Counted from the stretch's first letter, positions 25,149 through 38,894 are shown. The stretch: DNA of 64,000 nt from Azolla caroliniana (GCA_043228905.1 JBHGNT010000006.1:10478001-10542000); one strand, 5' to 3'. Translations and numbers: made by a program. The notes: generated from the letters alone by a model not told the origin.

Positions 25149-26285
25149 ATGGCCACTGTTAGCGCTGAAGAATATCAATCTGTTTTCTTGGAATTTCAAT
25201 GCTTGAAGGAGAAGTTCCATGCTTTGGAACAAGAAAACCAACGGTTGCTGGGGGATCTTCAGCAAATCTCCTTAGAAAAGCAGCAAACGCAACAACAACA
25301 TGGGGAACTTGCGTTACGCGTGCAACAACTCGAAGCAACCATCGTAGCGATGCAACAACAAGGGCCCGGAACACAAGGGATTCATAAAGAACCCAAGATT
25401 GGCCTTCCCACGAAGTTCGATGGAACGCGATCGCAGTTTAGAGGGTTCCTTAACCAGGTACGATTAGTTATTCAAATGCATCCTTCCCAATATCCCACTG
25501 ATGCATCACGAGTGGATTTAGTAAGCACTTTGTTAAGTGGCTCAGCGTTGTCATGGTTCGCTCCACTATTAGAAAAGGAATCTCCGTTACTCAACAATTT
25601 TGAAGAGTTTCTAGGTGAGTTTAAAGCATGTTTCGGAGATACTGACAGCATCAGGACCGTAATCAACAAAATCCGGCGATTACGCCAAGGTGACCGTCCA
25701 GCCTCCGCATACGTTGCAGATTTTCGCCTACTTGCCACCAATATCCCTTGGGATGATCAAGCGTTGATGGAGCAATTCCGTTATGGTTTACGCAACGACG
25801 TCAAGGATTTACTATTGACCTTCCCCGAAGAGCCAAAGTCCTTAACAGAAGCAATCAGTCGCGCGGTGAGATGTGACAACCGCCTCTTTGAGCGACGTTC
25901 GGAACGACAACTACAGATGCCGAGGGCAAGATCAGAGCCCACCTACGCCTCAGTGGTAGCAAGACCTTTTCCGAGGGAGTCATATAATGCGCCTCCAACG
26001 AATACTCCGACTCCGATGGAGATTGACACTACACGTCGTCGAGGGCCATTATCCGAAGAAGAAATGCAGCGATGCCATACAAATCGACTATGTCTTTACT
26101 GCGGTGGACCAGGACATATCGCAATAAATTGCCCCCATAGGCCAAGAAGACAGGTAAACCAAATAGTCGCTAGTTCTAATTGTACTAAATCCGAGCCTAT
26201 TTCAGTAGGGATATCTGATAGTCCTAATAGTACTAATAGTACTAATATCCCAGATCTAGCAAACAAATTTAATGTCCTTAGTTAG
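25149..26285 (+). CDS. gag: Gag of chromovirus copy 2 (378 aa, open)
   Basis: N-terminal coiled coil, capsid region PTKFDG...LRQG...YVADF...FRYGL, PTPMEID motif and CCHC knuckle CLYCGGPGHIAINC. Confidence 0.92.
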   Translation: MATVSAEEYQSVFLEFQCLKEKFHALEQENQRLLGDLQQISLEKQQTQQQHGELALRVQQLEATIVAMQQQGPGTQGIHKEPKIGLPTKFDGTRSQFRGFLNQVRLVIQMHPSQYPTDASRVDLVSTLLSGSALSWFAPLLEKESPLLNNFEEFLGEFKACFGDTDSIRTVINKIRRLRQGDRPASAYVADFRLLATNIPWDDQALMEQFRYGLRNDVKDLLLTFPEEPKSLTEAISRAVRCDNRLFERRSERQLQMPRARSEPTYASVVARPFPRESYNAPPTNTPTPMEIDTTRRRGPLSEEEMQRCHTNRLCLYCGGPGHIAINCPHRPRRQVNQIVASSNCTKSEPISVGISDSPNSTNSTNIPDLANKFNVLS

Positions 26286-26296
26286 TTAGAAGAAGA

Positions 26297-29200
26297 GTTA
26301 AACGACTAAGTCTAGCCAAAATAGGAGCCGTTTGGTTGGACAGCCCTAGATCTGTGCAGCCCATTAGTGGTTCCATTCCCTCTAAGCAAGTTAGTGATGT
26401 GTTCGTAGCCCAAGTAATAGTTAGTACTAAAAGTACCCCTCCAGTACATGTCCTAGCACTCCTAGATTCCGGAGCTAACTCTTGCTTTATGGATAACAAA
26501 TTTGCTCAAGCTCATAAGATATCCCTAAGAAAACTACAGTGTCCAGCCTCTGTAGTAGTCATTGATGGACGTCCCATTGCTTCCGGAAATATCATAGAAG
26601 AGTCAGAGCCCATTAATATTGTCCTAGATAACTTAGCATGTGTAGTATCATTTAATATTATTAGTATCCCAGAACATCCTATAGTTTTAGGATTACCGTG
26701 GTTCGAGTTACATAACCCAGACATAGATTGGAGAACAAGGGATATCCGGTGGCGACAAACCCAAGGGTCCAACTCAGAAGATGGCAACCATTTCGCTACG
26801 TCAGTTGCGTAAAGAAGGGCGCAAGGAGGAAATGTTCCTCTTTGCAATATCAGTAAACCCCTCCAACACCACTAAAGAAGAATCCACCATTCAACTTCCC
26901 GAGAAGTATCGTCATTACGCTGATGTGTTCGATAAAGTACAAGCCAACACACTTCCTCATCATCGACCGTACGATTGCCCCATCGATTTACAACCGGGAA
27001 AAGAGCCGCCATGGGGACCGATCTACAATTTGTCACCAACCGAGTTGGAAGTCCTTCGGGCCTATATAGAGAAGAATTTGGAAAATGGTTTCATTCGGCA
27101 TTCGAAATCTCCAGCCGGCGCGCCCATTTTCTTCGTCAAAAAAAAAGATGGATCGCTTCGTCTCGTTGTAGATTACCGTGGCTTGAATAAGGTTACAATC
27201 AGGAATAGGTATGCTCTTCCCCTTATCTCAAGTCTTTTAGAACGGATCAATGGTGCCAGGTTCTTCACGAAGATCGACTTACGGGGAGCATATAACCTCC
27301 TATGGATCCGACCAGGAGACGAATGGAAGACCGTGTTTCGCACCAGATATGGGCACTTCGAGTATACGGTCATGCCGTTCGGCCTCACTAATGCGCCGGC
27401 AGTCTTCCAGCACATGGCTAATGATATATTCCGAGATCTATTGGATGATTGTTTGATCATCTATTTGGATGATCTACTAGTTTATTCAAAGACCCAAGAA
27501 GAACATGATTCTCATGTACTATTACTACTAAAACGACTTCGAGAACATGGTCTGTATGCAAAGCTGGAAAAATGTAGTTTCGGGTGCAACTAAGTGGAAT
27601 TTCTCGGCTACATCATTTCGTCAGAAGGCATCTCCATGGACCCAACTAAAGTCAAAACGGTGGTAGAATGGCAGACTCCGTGTTCGGTGCAGGATGTGCA
27701 ATGCTTCTTAGGTTTTGCCAATTTTTACCGGAAGTTCATACAAGATTACTCAAAGATCGTTCTACCTCTCACACAACTTACCAAGAAGGGACAACCGTTC
27801 ATCTGGTCTGAAGAAACAAACATGGCTTTCGAGAGTCTTAAAAAGGCATTTACATCGGCTCCAATTCTACCTCATGTTGATCCAGAAAAACCATTCATTA
27901 TCGAAGCTGACGCATCGGATTTTGCATTGGGGAGCATTCTGTCACAACAGAGGAATGATGAGAAGCTACATCCTGTGGCTTTTCACTCATGCAAGTTTGA
28001 CGCCGCCGAAATCAACTACGAAATTCATGATAAAGAGCTATTGGCAATAGTGGATTCTTTTATGCAATGGAGGCATTTTCTAGAGGGATCCTCTCATCCA
28101 GTCACCGTATTTAGTGACCACAAGAATTTTGCCTACTTTTAGGATGCTCGTGTGTTGAATTGACGTCAAGCTCGGTGGGCCCACTTCCTCACGCGTTTCG
28201 ACTTCAAAATTACATATCGTCCGGGGAGGCACCAAGGGAAGGCAGATGCATTAACATGGCGTTCGTATCTAGCACCCCGTCCCGGCGAGCCAGCTTTCGA
28301 TAACCAAAAACAAGTCATCTTAGGACCGGCACGACTACAAGCAACACAGATCTTTGACATGCCTATGGATTCCCACGTTATCAATACCATACATGAAGAC
28401 TTGAAGACAGATGCGTTCGCCCAAGCTATACTAGCACAAATTGATCCCTCTCGAGCGTCGTGTTCACAGTTGCAACCACCAGGTACGGACTATCGACAAT
28501 TCAAATACCATGATGGATTACTCTTCTTTAAAGAACTTTTGTATGTTCCTAATGGTTCTTGCCGCCTTCGAGTAGTACAAAACTGTCATGACACATATAC
28601 AGCTGGGCATATTGGTAGTACTACAACATTACATTTAGTACAACGAACATTCTGGTGGCCCTGTATGCGACAATTTGTCGAGGATTTTGTTCGGACTTGT
28701 GATACATGTTGCAGAGCGAAAATGCCAAGGCATCATCCATTTGGTTTATTAGAACCATTACCAATTCCAAGCAAGCCATGGCAATCCATTGCTCTAGACT
28801 TCATCACAGATCTTCCAGTCTCTAAGGGGTTCAATGCGATTCTAATGGTGGTCGATCAATATACGAAGATGGCTCATTTCTTGCCATGTACTAAGGAGAT
28901 CTCCAGTGAAAACACTACCGAAATTGTCATGCGTCATGGACTTCCCGATAGTATCATCAGCGACCGTGGACCCCAGTTCGTGTCAAAATTCTGGTAGCAC
29001 CTTTTTAACATGCTCAAGGTCACTTGTAACCTCTCCTCCGGCTACCACCCACAAACTGACGGCCAAGCTGAACGAACAAATCAAACGTTGGAGCAGTATC
29101 TGCGGTGCTTTCTCAGCTATCATCAAGATGACTGGGCAAATATTCTCCACTTCGCCGAATTTGCCTATAACAACTCTATCCACGCATCCACTAAAGTTAC

Positions 29201-29828
29201 GCCATTTTATGCTTATACGGGATGTCACCCCCGGTGGAGTGTACTTGAAACCCCAAAGGTGTCCACAAATCCGTGCGCGGAGGATCGTTTGGAGCAGTTA
29301 CGCAAGATACAAGCGGATTTATCTACTCATCTCCAGCAAGCTCAACAAACACACAAGGTCTACGTGGATAGTCATCGACTTCCATCCAGTTTTAATATTG
29401 GAGATCGGGTGTGGCTGCTACGACGACACATCAAGACTACTCGTCCATGTGAGAAGTTAGATTATCGACGATTAGGTCATTTCCGTATTATTGGACAGAT
29501 TAATGATGTCGCTTTTCGTCTCGATCTACCTCCTCAACTTCGGATACATCCGGTGTTTCATAGTTCTCTCCTCGAACCCTACCACGAGAGCACCATCCCA
29601 GGACGTCTTATCCAACCTCCACCCCCGATCGAGCTTGAAGATGGGCTGGAGTACGAGGTTGCCGCCATCCTTGATTCCAAGATTGTTCGCAACAAGCTCT
29701 ACTATCTAGTCGATTGGCTGGGCTATAGCCCCAGCGAACGTACTTGGGAACCGATCGAGAATGTGACCAATGCTCGTGCTCTTCTTGAAGACTTCCATCG
29801 TCAATATCCACACAAACCAGGTCCTTAA
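26297..29828 (+). pseudogene. pol: pol of chromovirus copy 2 (protease, RT, RNase H, integrase, chromodomain), interrupted
   Basis: [42 protein letters not shown], and chromodomain EYEVAAILDS...YLVDWLGY...TWEP. A frameshift near 26770 and stops at 27591, 28140, 28161 and 28995. Confidence 0.93.
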
Positions 29829-31514
29829 TCCAAGACGACTCGTGACACTCGTCGTTTTAAAGGGGGGATAGTGTCATGATATGGCAAGACTCGAACCCAT
29901 GACCTTAGGTTATATGGGTCGAGCTCTTGACCATTAGATCATCTATTGTAATACGTAGGATATTATTTTCATTTACATTTTATTATAGGGAAATTAGTGT
30001 ATATTCCAGAGTCTGGAACATTCTAGAAGCTTTAGGATTACTCCTGAAAACACTATAAAAGAGGGCACTAGGCATTATGTTGAACCAAATTGGTTCAACA
30101 CCAGTCTTAAGCCTTTTAGCCACCATTGTATATTCTCTTCATATAATACATATCTTTCTTATCATCACTCTCTCTCTCTCTCTCTCAATCTCTCTCTTTC
30201 TCTCAGTCTCGCTCACTTCTTCCTTCTCTCGAAGAAGTTCCACACCTCTCATAGTACTAATCCTTCGTTTAGTACTAATTCCTTCTCTGTCTCAGTACTG
30301 TTCATGACAACCATAAGGTATCTTGTTATGCAACATACTTCTTTACACTATCGATATGCATCTTTTTCTCTTCTAAAAACAAAGATTTTAGTACGATTCA
30401 AGTTCATGTTTAAACAACCTCTTTTATTTGAAAAACAAGAAGATTTTTAAACATGAACTCGATATGTTGTATTGAGTCGATGTAAAAAACAGAGTTTTGA
30501 TCATAATTCCATACAATCTATTGAATTCATGTTTAAAGTTTTTTTTCCGGATTTAAAAAAAATTAATGATAATAAGTTGAGCTTGAGTTCATATAAAAAC
30601 TAGATTTTTCATCACAATTCAATACAATGTATTGAGTTCATATTTAAAGTATATTTTTCTAATTTTTTTCAATTTTTTTATGGAAAAATAATAATTTTAA
30701 ACATGAATTCGATACATTGTATTGACTTGTGATGAAAATTCTGGTTTTTTCATCATTTATTAAAGCTCAAAAAAAAATTCAAAAAAAACAACAAAAAACC
30801 AAAATAAATAGAGAAAAAAGCAATTTTTTAAAAAAACCCAAAAAATAATAATAATAAAATTGGAAAAAATTGAAAACAAATTAGAAAAATATACTTTGAA
30901 CATGAACTCGATACATTGTATCGAATTGGGATGAAAAATCTGGTTTTTATATGAACTCAAGCTCAACTTATCATTATTAAAATTTTTTAAATCTGGTAAA
31001 AAAACTTTGTACATGAATTCAATACATTCTATGGATTTATGATCAAAACTCTATTTTTTACATCAACTCGATACAACATATCGAGTTCATGTTTAAAAAT
31101 CTTCTTGTTTTTCAAATAAAAGAGGTTTTTTAAACATGAACTCAAATTATACTAAAATCTATGTTTTTACAAGAGAAAAAGATGCATATCGATACTGCAA
31201 AGATGTATGTTGCACAACAAGATACCTTATGGTGAACATGTGTTTCATTGATTAGCAAAAAACCATTAATAATTGTATTGGTGGTAATTGAACTTCGCAA
31301 ATGCCATTTACTTCACAAATTTTGTAGGGGAATTCTCAAAAGGAAGAAGAGGCTAACATTGTAGATACCTTGATAATTGTGTGATATGTTCAAATTGATA
31401 TATTAATGTTCACATCTAAAGTTTGACATTTTATGAATATCATCTACATTTTAGGAGTTGTGGATTTATCAAAATTGTTTATGAATATTGTCTATATTTC
31501 TTGAGTTGTGAATG

Positions 31515-31778
31515 GGTATTCGAAGGGTGTGTAGATGTTCAAAAGGCATGCATAGGCTTTGACGGAGTGCATGAACTTTCAATAGTCGAGTTGGCTTTCA
31601 AAGGGGCATGCATGTGGATTCGAGAGATGTGCAAGCCTTCGAAGGGCAAGTGGGTGTTGAAAAGGCGCATAGGTATTTGAAGGGCGTGTAGATGTTTGAA
31701 ATGCATGCATAGGCTTGCATGGGGTGCATGGACTTTCAACAATCGAGTCGGCTTTCAAAGGGGCATGCATGTGGATTC
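31515..31778. repeat. Degenerate tandem repeat (~158-bp period)
   Basis: GTAGATGTT...GCATGCATAGGCTT...GGCTTTCAAAGGGGCATGCATGTGGATTC at ~31530-31621 and ~31688-31778. Confidence 0.7.
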
Positions 31779-32179
31779 AACCACTTCTTACTCTCTCCCT
31801 TGACGGAATCGCAAATCAACCCCTCCCTCTCTCTCTATCGCTCAACTTAGTTATACCGCGAGACTAACCAAGGTTTGCACTACAAGTTTCTTATACACTA
31901 AAATGTAGATCGAGAGCAAATATTTAATGTTCAGTTACAACAAAGACCCCTTTTGCCTGAGGGTCTCAACATTTTAGATGGGAGTGGCTCTAATGGGTTG
32001 ATCCATTTATATCGAGTCTAAATTTGTCATATTTCTCAGCATATTACTTTATTATGGTCCTCATGCGAAATTATAATTTATTGCTCATGTGGTTGTACCT
32101 AAGAGAAGAGGGGTACGGACGGTATTAAATGCTCACCTATCCCCATTTTCATCAAAATGATAAAAACAAGTAGTTCATT

Positions 32180-33410
32180 CCCACACATATGTGATGATTT
32201 GTTATGATTCTCTTTAACATATGCCTCCCCTATTTAGGATTCAAGATATATGTGTAGGACTTAATAAATTGGTCTCTTGAAAGACAACCAATCTTCAATG
32301 TGAGCGATGTGTTTTAGAAAAGCATGGGTGCCAATAACCCTGTTATTTGTAATAGTGATGATAGGATATGTTATGTTGCGGTGCATGATTAAACATATCA
32401 TTTATCCATACATGTGCTTCTTTTCTCATCCATTTGAGCATTTCAACCTTAATTCATCAAATTCTCAACACATTTGCCTTTTAGATTTCCCCAAAATTTA
32501 GCATATCTATGACATGCTTTCTATTGTGTTTGACGAAATTGTTGACTAACTTCCCATATTTTTCTATTTCCTTAAATAAGTCTTTTTTTACTCATGCAAA
32601 TGCTTTTGATAATTTTCATTATCTTTGAGTATACTAAAACTCAATATAATGCACTTTTAAGTTTCATGACATTCTTTGTCAAATAATGTTTTTCTTTGAA
32701 CTCTATTTCTTGATGCTTTAATGCAAGGTATATGCTTGGTCAAAAGCATTTGTTTGTCAATGAGAAAACTACTTTCTTTGAAAGCTTCTCACTTGCATTG
32801 TAGTGCAAAACCATGTTGGATCTTTGTCATTTGTAACATATCTCAACCATCTCGGAATATATGAATCCTTATTTAAGGTTTATGCTTAAATATAGTTGTT
32901 TATTACTTCAATAGCCTTCTCACAGTCATACATTTGAGGTCAATCTATACAATCCTATTATCATAGTCTGAGGTCCATTCACCAAGTGACATTTCATGTA
33001 TGAAATCCAAAATACCTTCGGAAAGTGCACATAGTCAATCACATTATGTCCATTGTGTAAATTCTACATGTAAAACTATTCGTGTCAGGCAATAAGGATA
33101 CACCATTTGCAATAATCATTCCAATGTTACCGCACATTTGTAGTCCAATACTTCCCAAAATTGATTGGGATATTTTTCTCATCTACATCGTTATATCCTC
33201 TTACATCCTTGAGATATTTGGCATGAAAGATTGTTGTCCATCAAGTTGCAGACTTCTTATATGAGCATTCATGTTACCAAAGACGATAACTTCCCCCTTA
33301 GCTTTGAAGTAAGCAATATCGTTTTCTAAATTGAGAAAGGGTTAATCTATATCAAAATATGCATAAAATATTAGAATCTTGATGAGGAATGTAACATTTG
33401 ATTGCAATGG
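32180..33410 (-). mobile_element. Old internal LINE fragment (endonuclease to RT), same family as 41058-49872
   Basis: CCATTTGAGCATTTC, TTTAGATTTCCCCAAAATTT, ATCCAAAATACCTTCGGAAAGT and TTAGAATCTTGATGAGGAATGTAACAT all match 47300-48460. Confidence 0.78.
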
Positions 33411-34594
33411 TGGTCATTGTTATGAGTGTAGCATATGTTATAATGAAATGTAGATATCTGACATTACGGGTTATTAGGTGTGGACTTGTTAACAAGAAAT
33501 AAAGACTACGGATAGAGTTATTCTCAAACCTGTAGTGGAAGATGACTTTTGAGTGTTTAATCACTTACCACTTCTAGTAAAGTAGCCAAGTGTGAAATAG
33601 ACAACGACCTAGCATTTGAGCAAATATAAGAAGGTTGGTTACCTTCATGAAGAGAGACTTGATTCTTTTACATAAAGACTTTGACAATGTGCCACAACTC
33701 TAGCTACAAATGTATATTCTTCCTCCTTCAAACCCAAGATATAATTCATGTTTGAACTTTGTGGTATGGATGCCAACCGAGGACTTTGATCTATTTCTCA
33801 CTTTTGCTAGGGGTGATCAAATGTTCTCTAAACCTTTCTTCATTATTTTGTCCTTTAATTTGGATATGTTAATTAAGATTCTTATAGTTAGTATCATAGT
33901 CCATCCTATCTTTCATGTTACTCGGCTCAACGAGCGGTTTTTGACAAACACTTTTTGGTTGGTCAAGTAAGGACGAATCAATAGCCATATATGCCCTTTT
34001 CCTATTAGTTTGGTGTTTCTTTGTGAACATCTTAGTGTGCAATGTTCTTCATATTGACAAGACTCATGGTTTTGTCAATCTATGCTAGGGTAATTGTCTC
34101 TTGTTATTCGATGTAGGGAAATTGGATCGTGAAAATGCTACACATAATTGGTTATATTGAATGTGTTGTGATGTTGGCTTGTCTCTCCATAGTATGATTG
34201 TAATAGATGAGGAATGTGGGGAATGTGTCTCCTAGGTCTAGCATTATTGGATGCAATTTGGAGTTTGGATCAAGCGGAGCCTATATACATTTATGGATGG
34301 CTGTGATGGTGGTGGGATAGGTGAGTTGATAATTCTAAGGAATGTGAGGATCACCCATATTTGAGGATGTTGAATGATTTTACACCTCAAAATACTTCAC
34401 CATGAGTATCGAGGTAAACCTATAAATACTTGTCTCTTATCAAGCTTATAATATACATCCAATTCACTTAGATAAACCATTGTTTTCATAAGGTCTCAAA
34501 CATAATAAACATTACAAATGATAACATTACATTATTGATGTCAACGAGATATGAATGAATTATAGGCGAGAGTTCAATGATGGCCATGGAGTCC

Positions 34595-37500
34595 TCAAAG
34601 CTCCGGCTTCAGTTTCTCGGCTTCTTCTCGTATTGAATCGAAAAGAGCAGTTGAGAGATAACGTTCCCCAAAGCTCGGAAACACCACCTACATTTTGCAA
34701 AGTTACAAATTTAGGCTTCATATGATGGGCACACAAACATTAAGGAAAGCCCATATTCAAGCAAAATTCAGATGTGTGGTTGTAAGTTGTAACAAAACAG
34801 AATTGGATGCCTTGGTAATGTTCTACAAATCATCTTAAAGAAAAAGAGATTAGCAGATTATCAGATTAAGACATCTAAGTAAGGATGCCTTCTCTCCCCC
34901 GCCCTCTATCTCAATCAATTCACTCTGTCCTTAAAATCTAAATTGGACGTCCACCTGCGGATTAATTAGCTCATTTTCTCTTGACAAACATTACCCCAGG
35001 ATGTGTAATGAAGAGGTGTTTTTACCAGCAAAATCTGATAAGCAAAGGTTTTCCTTCTACTACTGCTACTTACAATGATTAGCTTTCCTGCATTTTCTGG
35101 CCTCTTTGCAACCTGAATGGCTCCGACTGCAGCCGCCCCCGATGAAATGCCGACCTGTTTTACACAGATTTCTTTTACAATTCAGGAAATGAATATATGA
35201 AATTTGTGCAGCTCCACAGTGAATTCCTATGGTGTCGATCTGCATACACACAACGGGCAAACTGTTTAACCTACCAGAAGGCCTTCTCGAAGCGCAAGTT
35301 GCTTGGCCATTTCAATCGCTTCACTACTTGAAACCTGCAAAACGAAGATTGTTAATCTTTACTGATTTCTATATTCACCATTGTAATTAAAATAAATATC
35401 TCGAAAAAATTCCAATTGTTCAGCACTGGAAACCTTTCATTGTCTGAGCATAATCTTCACAAATATTCTCAAAAATAATTCTAGTGGATGGAACATAAAA
35501 TTTCTTGATTATTCTGTAAGCTTATGTGGATGACATTTCTTTTTCTCGGAATGTCACTATTTTTGCAGCGTTGGCCATCATAATAGACCTAATAATCAAC
35601 CTTCTGTTTCTAGCACTAACCTGTATAACGTCATCAAGAATATCCACATCTAGGATGCCCGGAATAAACCCTGCTCCAATTCCTTGAATCTTGTGTGGAC
35701 CTATGTGCATCGAGAATCACAAGCGTACAGCATGTAAGTCGTATGTGTAATAATGCAATGTGTCAATTGAAGTATTATACCAAACAAAACATGATAAATA
35801 CACGGTAAAGCACATGTTAAAGCATTACTTTGATCCATCTTGAAATCAGAGGTGTCATACATCCCTACCAATTCCATCTAAGAAATTATCACTTATAGAT
35901 CACTGGCTTATATTATAAAAATTCCTCTGACGGTTGTGGATTCAAGGCTGTAGCAATGGATGGGATGGATGTTTCGGATCATTATACAAATTCTTCATCC
36001 CTTTCGTTTGAGATCATGAACACTGACTACCATTGATTGCTTAATTAAGCGAATTCTAAAATGAATTCATAAAAGAGAACTTGCCTGATTTCCCTCCTGA
36101 TAGCACGGGACTCTCCGACGGTTCTACACCATAAATCTTCACAATAATGCGACAAATAAGAGGTCCTCCTATAGAAGTTTATAACAGAAAATTTATATTT
36201 TTTCTTCTAAAATATCTCCATTACCTTTATGTTGGGGTTTTGACCTTTCAAAAATCTGCCGGCACCAGTTATTGTGCCTCCAGTACCGATTCCAGAAATC
36301 AGAATATCGATTTTCCCACCGGTGGTCTTCCAGATCTCAGGTCCAGTGGTTTCAAAATGTACCTATGTAAACACAAGATTTGAAATCAATAAAAAATAAC
36401 AGAAGAAACCCCCAGATTTTGATGATGATAAATCGATTTTGATGTATTTCAAAAACCTTGGGATTTGCTGGATTCTCAAACTGTTGGAGCATGAATGCGG
36501 CCGGGTTTTTCGCCAGTATATCTTCAGCTTTCTGGATTGCTCCTTTCATGCCTTTGGCGGGATCGGTTACAATAACCTCCGCACCAAAAGCCTTCAATAA
36601 AACTCGGCGTTCCATACTCATCGACGCAGGCATCGTGAGAATGAGTTTGTATCCCTTAGATGCAGCAATAAACGCAAGTCCGATTCCTGTATTGCCACTT
36701 GTCGGTTCAACGAGCACACTCTGAACAGGCAGAAGGTTAAATGAAGTAGCTAATTTGATCATGTATTACTTTCTAATAGTAGAAATCTGTTGTATGAAAT
36801 TTAATGATGTGAAAAGTTGAGATGAAATTACTTGTCCAGGGGTGATGAGTCCCTTGGATTCAGCATCTTCAATCATGCTTTTTCCAATCCTACAGACAAT
36901 CAGGGCAGTTTGTCAAATTATTGTGTTTTGGAACAAAGTGCTGAAAATTCATGGCTTCTAGTTCGAATTTCCACGCTCTGGGGTTTTTTCATTGGCACAA
37001 TTTATTCCCGGCATGCTACACATTCGCATGCATATAAAATCCTGGCATAAATCCCAACTCCTAGAGAATTTGAGAAACTGGCACTTAACTTTTTCACGCT
37101 CTGTGGGGTCATTATATTTTACGTATTGGATTCATATAACCCCTGGTCGTAGACCCCAAATCACCAATTGTCTTGAGAAATTTACATTTACCTTTTCTAG
37201 GCTCTTTTATTTCACAGATAACTGGTGGTATAATGTATATATTAGTTTAACATATAGATCTTGACATCAATACCAATTCACAGTTAATTTGACAATTTTC
37301 CCTCTTCAATTACCATGTACTCGTTATGGTTTTGCTATTGCACTTCAACATCAATCATATGAACATAATATTATCCTCAGCTAATGAGTGGATTAAGCTA
37401 TGATCTACCATCATATATGCACATAGGAATCGTGTTTGAAGGCTTACGAGACATGTAATTATTATTGCACAGCATGAGATGATGTTTAATATAAACAAAT

Positions 37501-38856
37501 ATATTTCCGCTGGAAGACGCTGAGATGTTGCAGATGATTTTAATATATAAAATTTCTGCATTAAATTTTTTTTGCAAATGATACCAACATATTCAGTATG
37601 TATCTGTAGGAATGCTTATGAAACCTTCACAAATGGTGTCAACAGTGTACCATATGTGAGTGCTGGCCAGAGGTTTATATGAAACATGTCACAATGTTGC
37701 ACATGATATTTAACATATGCATTATGTGCATCTAATCAGAAAGCTTACGCAACATGTTAACATATGCATTAATATGTGCATCATGCAGGTCGCAAAGATT
37801 ATGATATATGTTGAGCTTTTTGTTTACCATATGTAAAGATATGTGTATATTAGACCAGATTGCTAATTATATGATATCTGTTGAGCTTTTTGTTTAACAT
37901 ATGTAAAAAATATGTGTGCCTGTTAGACCAGAATGCTAATTATCATGAGATATGTTAACAATATTGTTGCGAACGATTTAGGCTGGCATATGCAGCATGC
38001 AGAGACACATTTGTCGAAAACGTTTTGCAAATGATGCAGGACCATGGTATACGAAACAAGAGACGAGTTTAAAAGAACATGGGCTTTGGAGGAGGATGTG
38101 AACATTAATTATTAACAATGTTGGCATTAAAATGATGTGAACAAGATTACAATCTTGTATATATATGTAACCTGTCCTTGACGCTTGAGCAGGGCTCTAA
38201 AGACTCCAGCTTGGCTGCAACAATCCCCACGCATCCCTCAGTTACTTTGTTGAGATAAACGATGGGAGTACCACCAATGAGCTACCACAAAGAAAGAAGG
38301 AGTCTGTTAAAAACTAAACTAAGCACGGTATGAAAATGATGATTCTCATGATGACAAAAAAAAGGTCTTTCCAGGGAGAAATCCCTTCAATTGTGGTCAA
38401 AATTTGCTTGCTAGATTGGGATGAAATTCCGTTGGCTAAGATGAGGAATTTCTTTGATTAGGATTAAATTTTCTATGATGTAAGGTGAAATTTATGAGAT
38501 TAAAAATGAGAGATTGAGTAATTAGGATGAAAGAACATTGACCGAATATGAAAATTCTTCCATTTAAAATGAAATCAAAATGGTTTGGATTATAAAAATC
38601 GAAACGTATCATCTGGACTTCCCGTTTTTATTGCCACGAGTTTAATGTTTGATTATTTCAATTCTCGAAGATACAGAATGCGTTGCTCGTATGAAAGGAA
38701 GAGTAGACAAAACATATCTATCTGGTGTCGATTAAAGACAGTAGTGGAAGATATGTAGTTTCGATCTTGCTTCCACCGGAGACATAATGAGATGACGTAC
38801 AATTTGAAAGGACTAGAAGGAAGGGGGGAAATTCATGGAAGATTAAGATTAATGTC

Positions 38857-38894
<38 letters not shown>

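Larger units (their letters stand above)
24635..30309 (+). mobile_element. Full-length Ty3/Gypsy chromovirus (Tcn1-like), copy 2
   Basis: 5' LTR 24635-25074 and 3' LTR 29872-30309 (about 97% identical by eye); TSD ACCAT (24630-24634, 30310-30314); PPT AAAGGGGGGATAG (29859-29871); gag plus PR-RT-RH-IN-chromodomain. Confidence 0.97.
24552..31311. mobile_element. Foldback/MITE-like palindromic element (~1.1 kb without insert), left arm split by chromovirus copy 2
   Basis: 24552-24634 joined to 30315-~30690 is the reverse complement of ~30850-31311. For example, GTTCACCAT|AAGGTATCTTG corresponds to CAAGATACCTTATGGTGAAC near 31218-31237. AT-rich and non-coding; no TSD identified. Confidence 0.82.

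Noticed and set aside
28140-28142. U-to-C RNA editing rescuing shared stop codons
   Set aside because: Reverse editing is known from plant organelles, not nuclear retroelements. The elements also carry frameshifts and non-C>T stops, so methylation-driven C>T is simpler.
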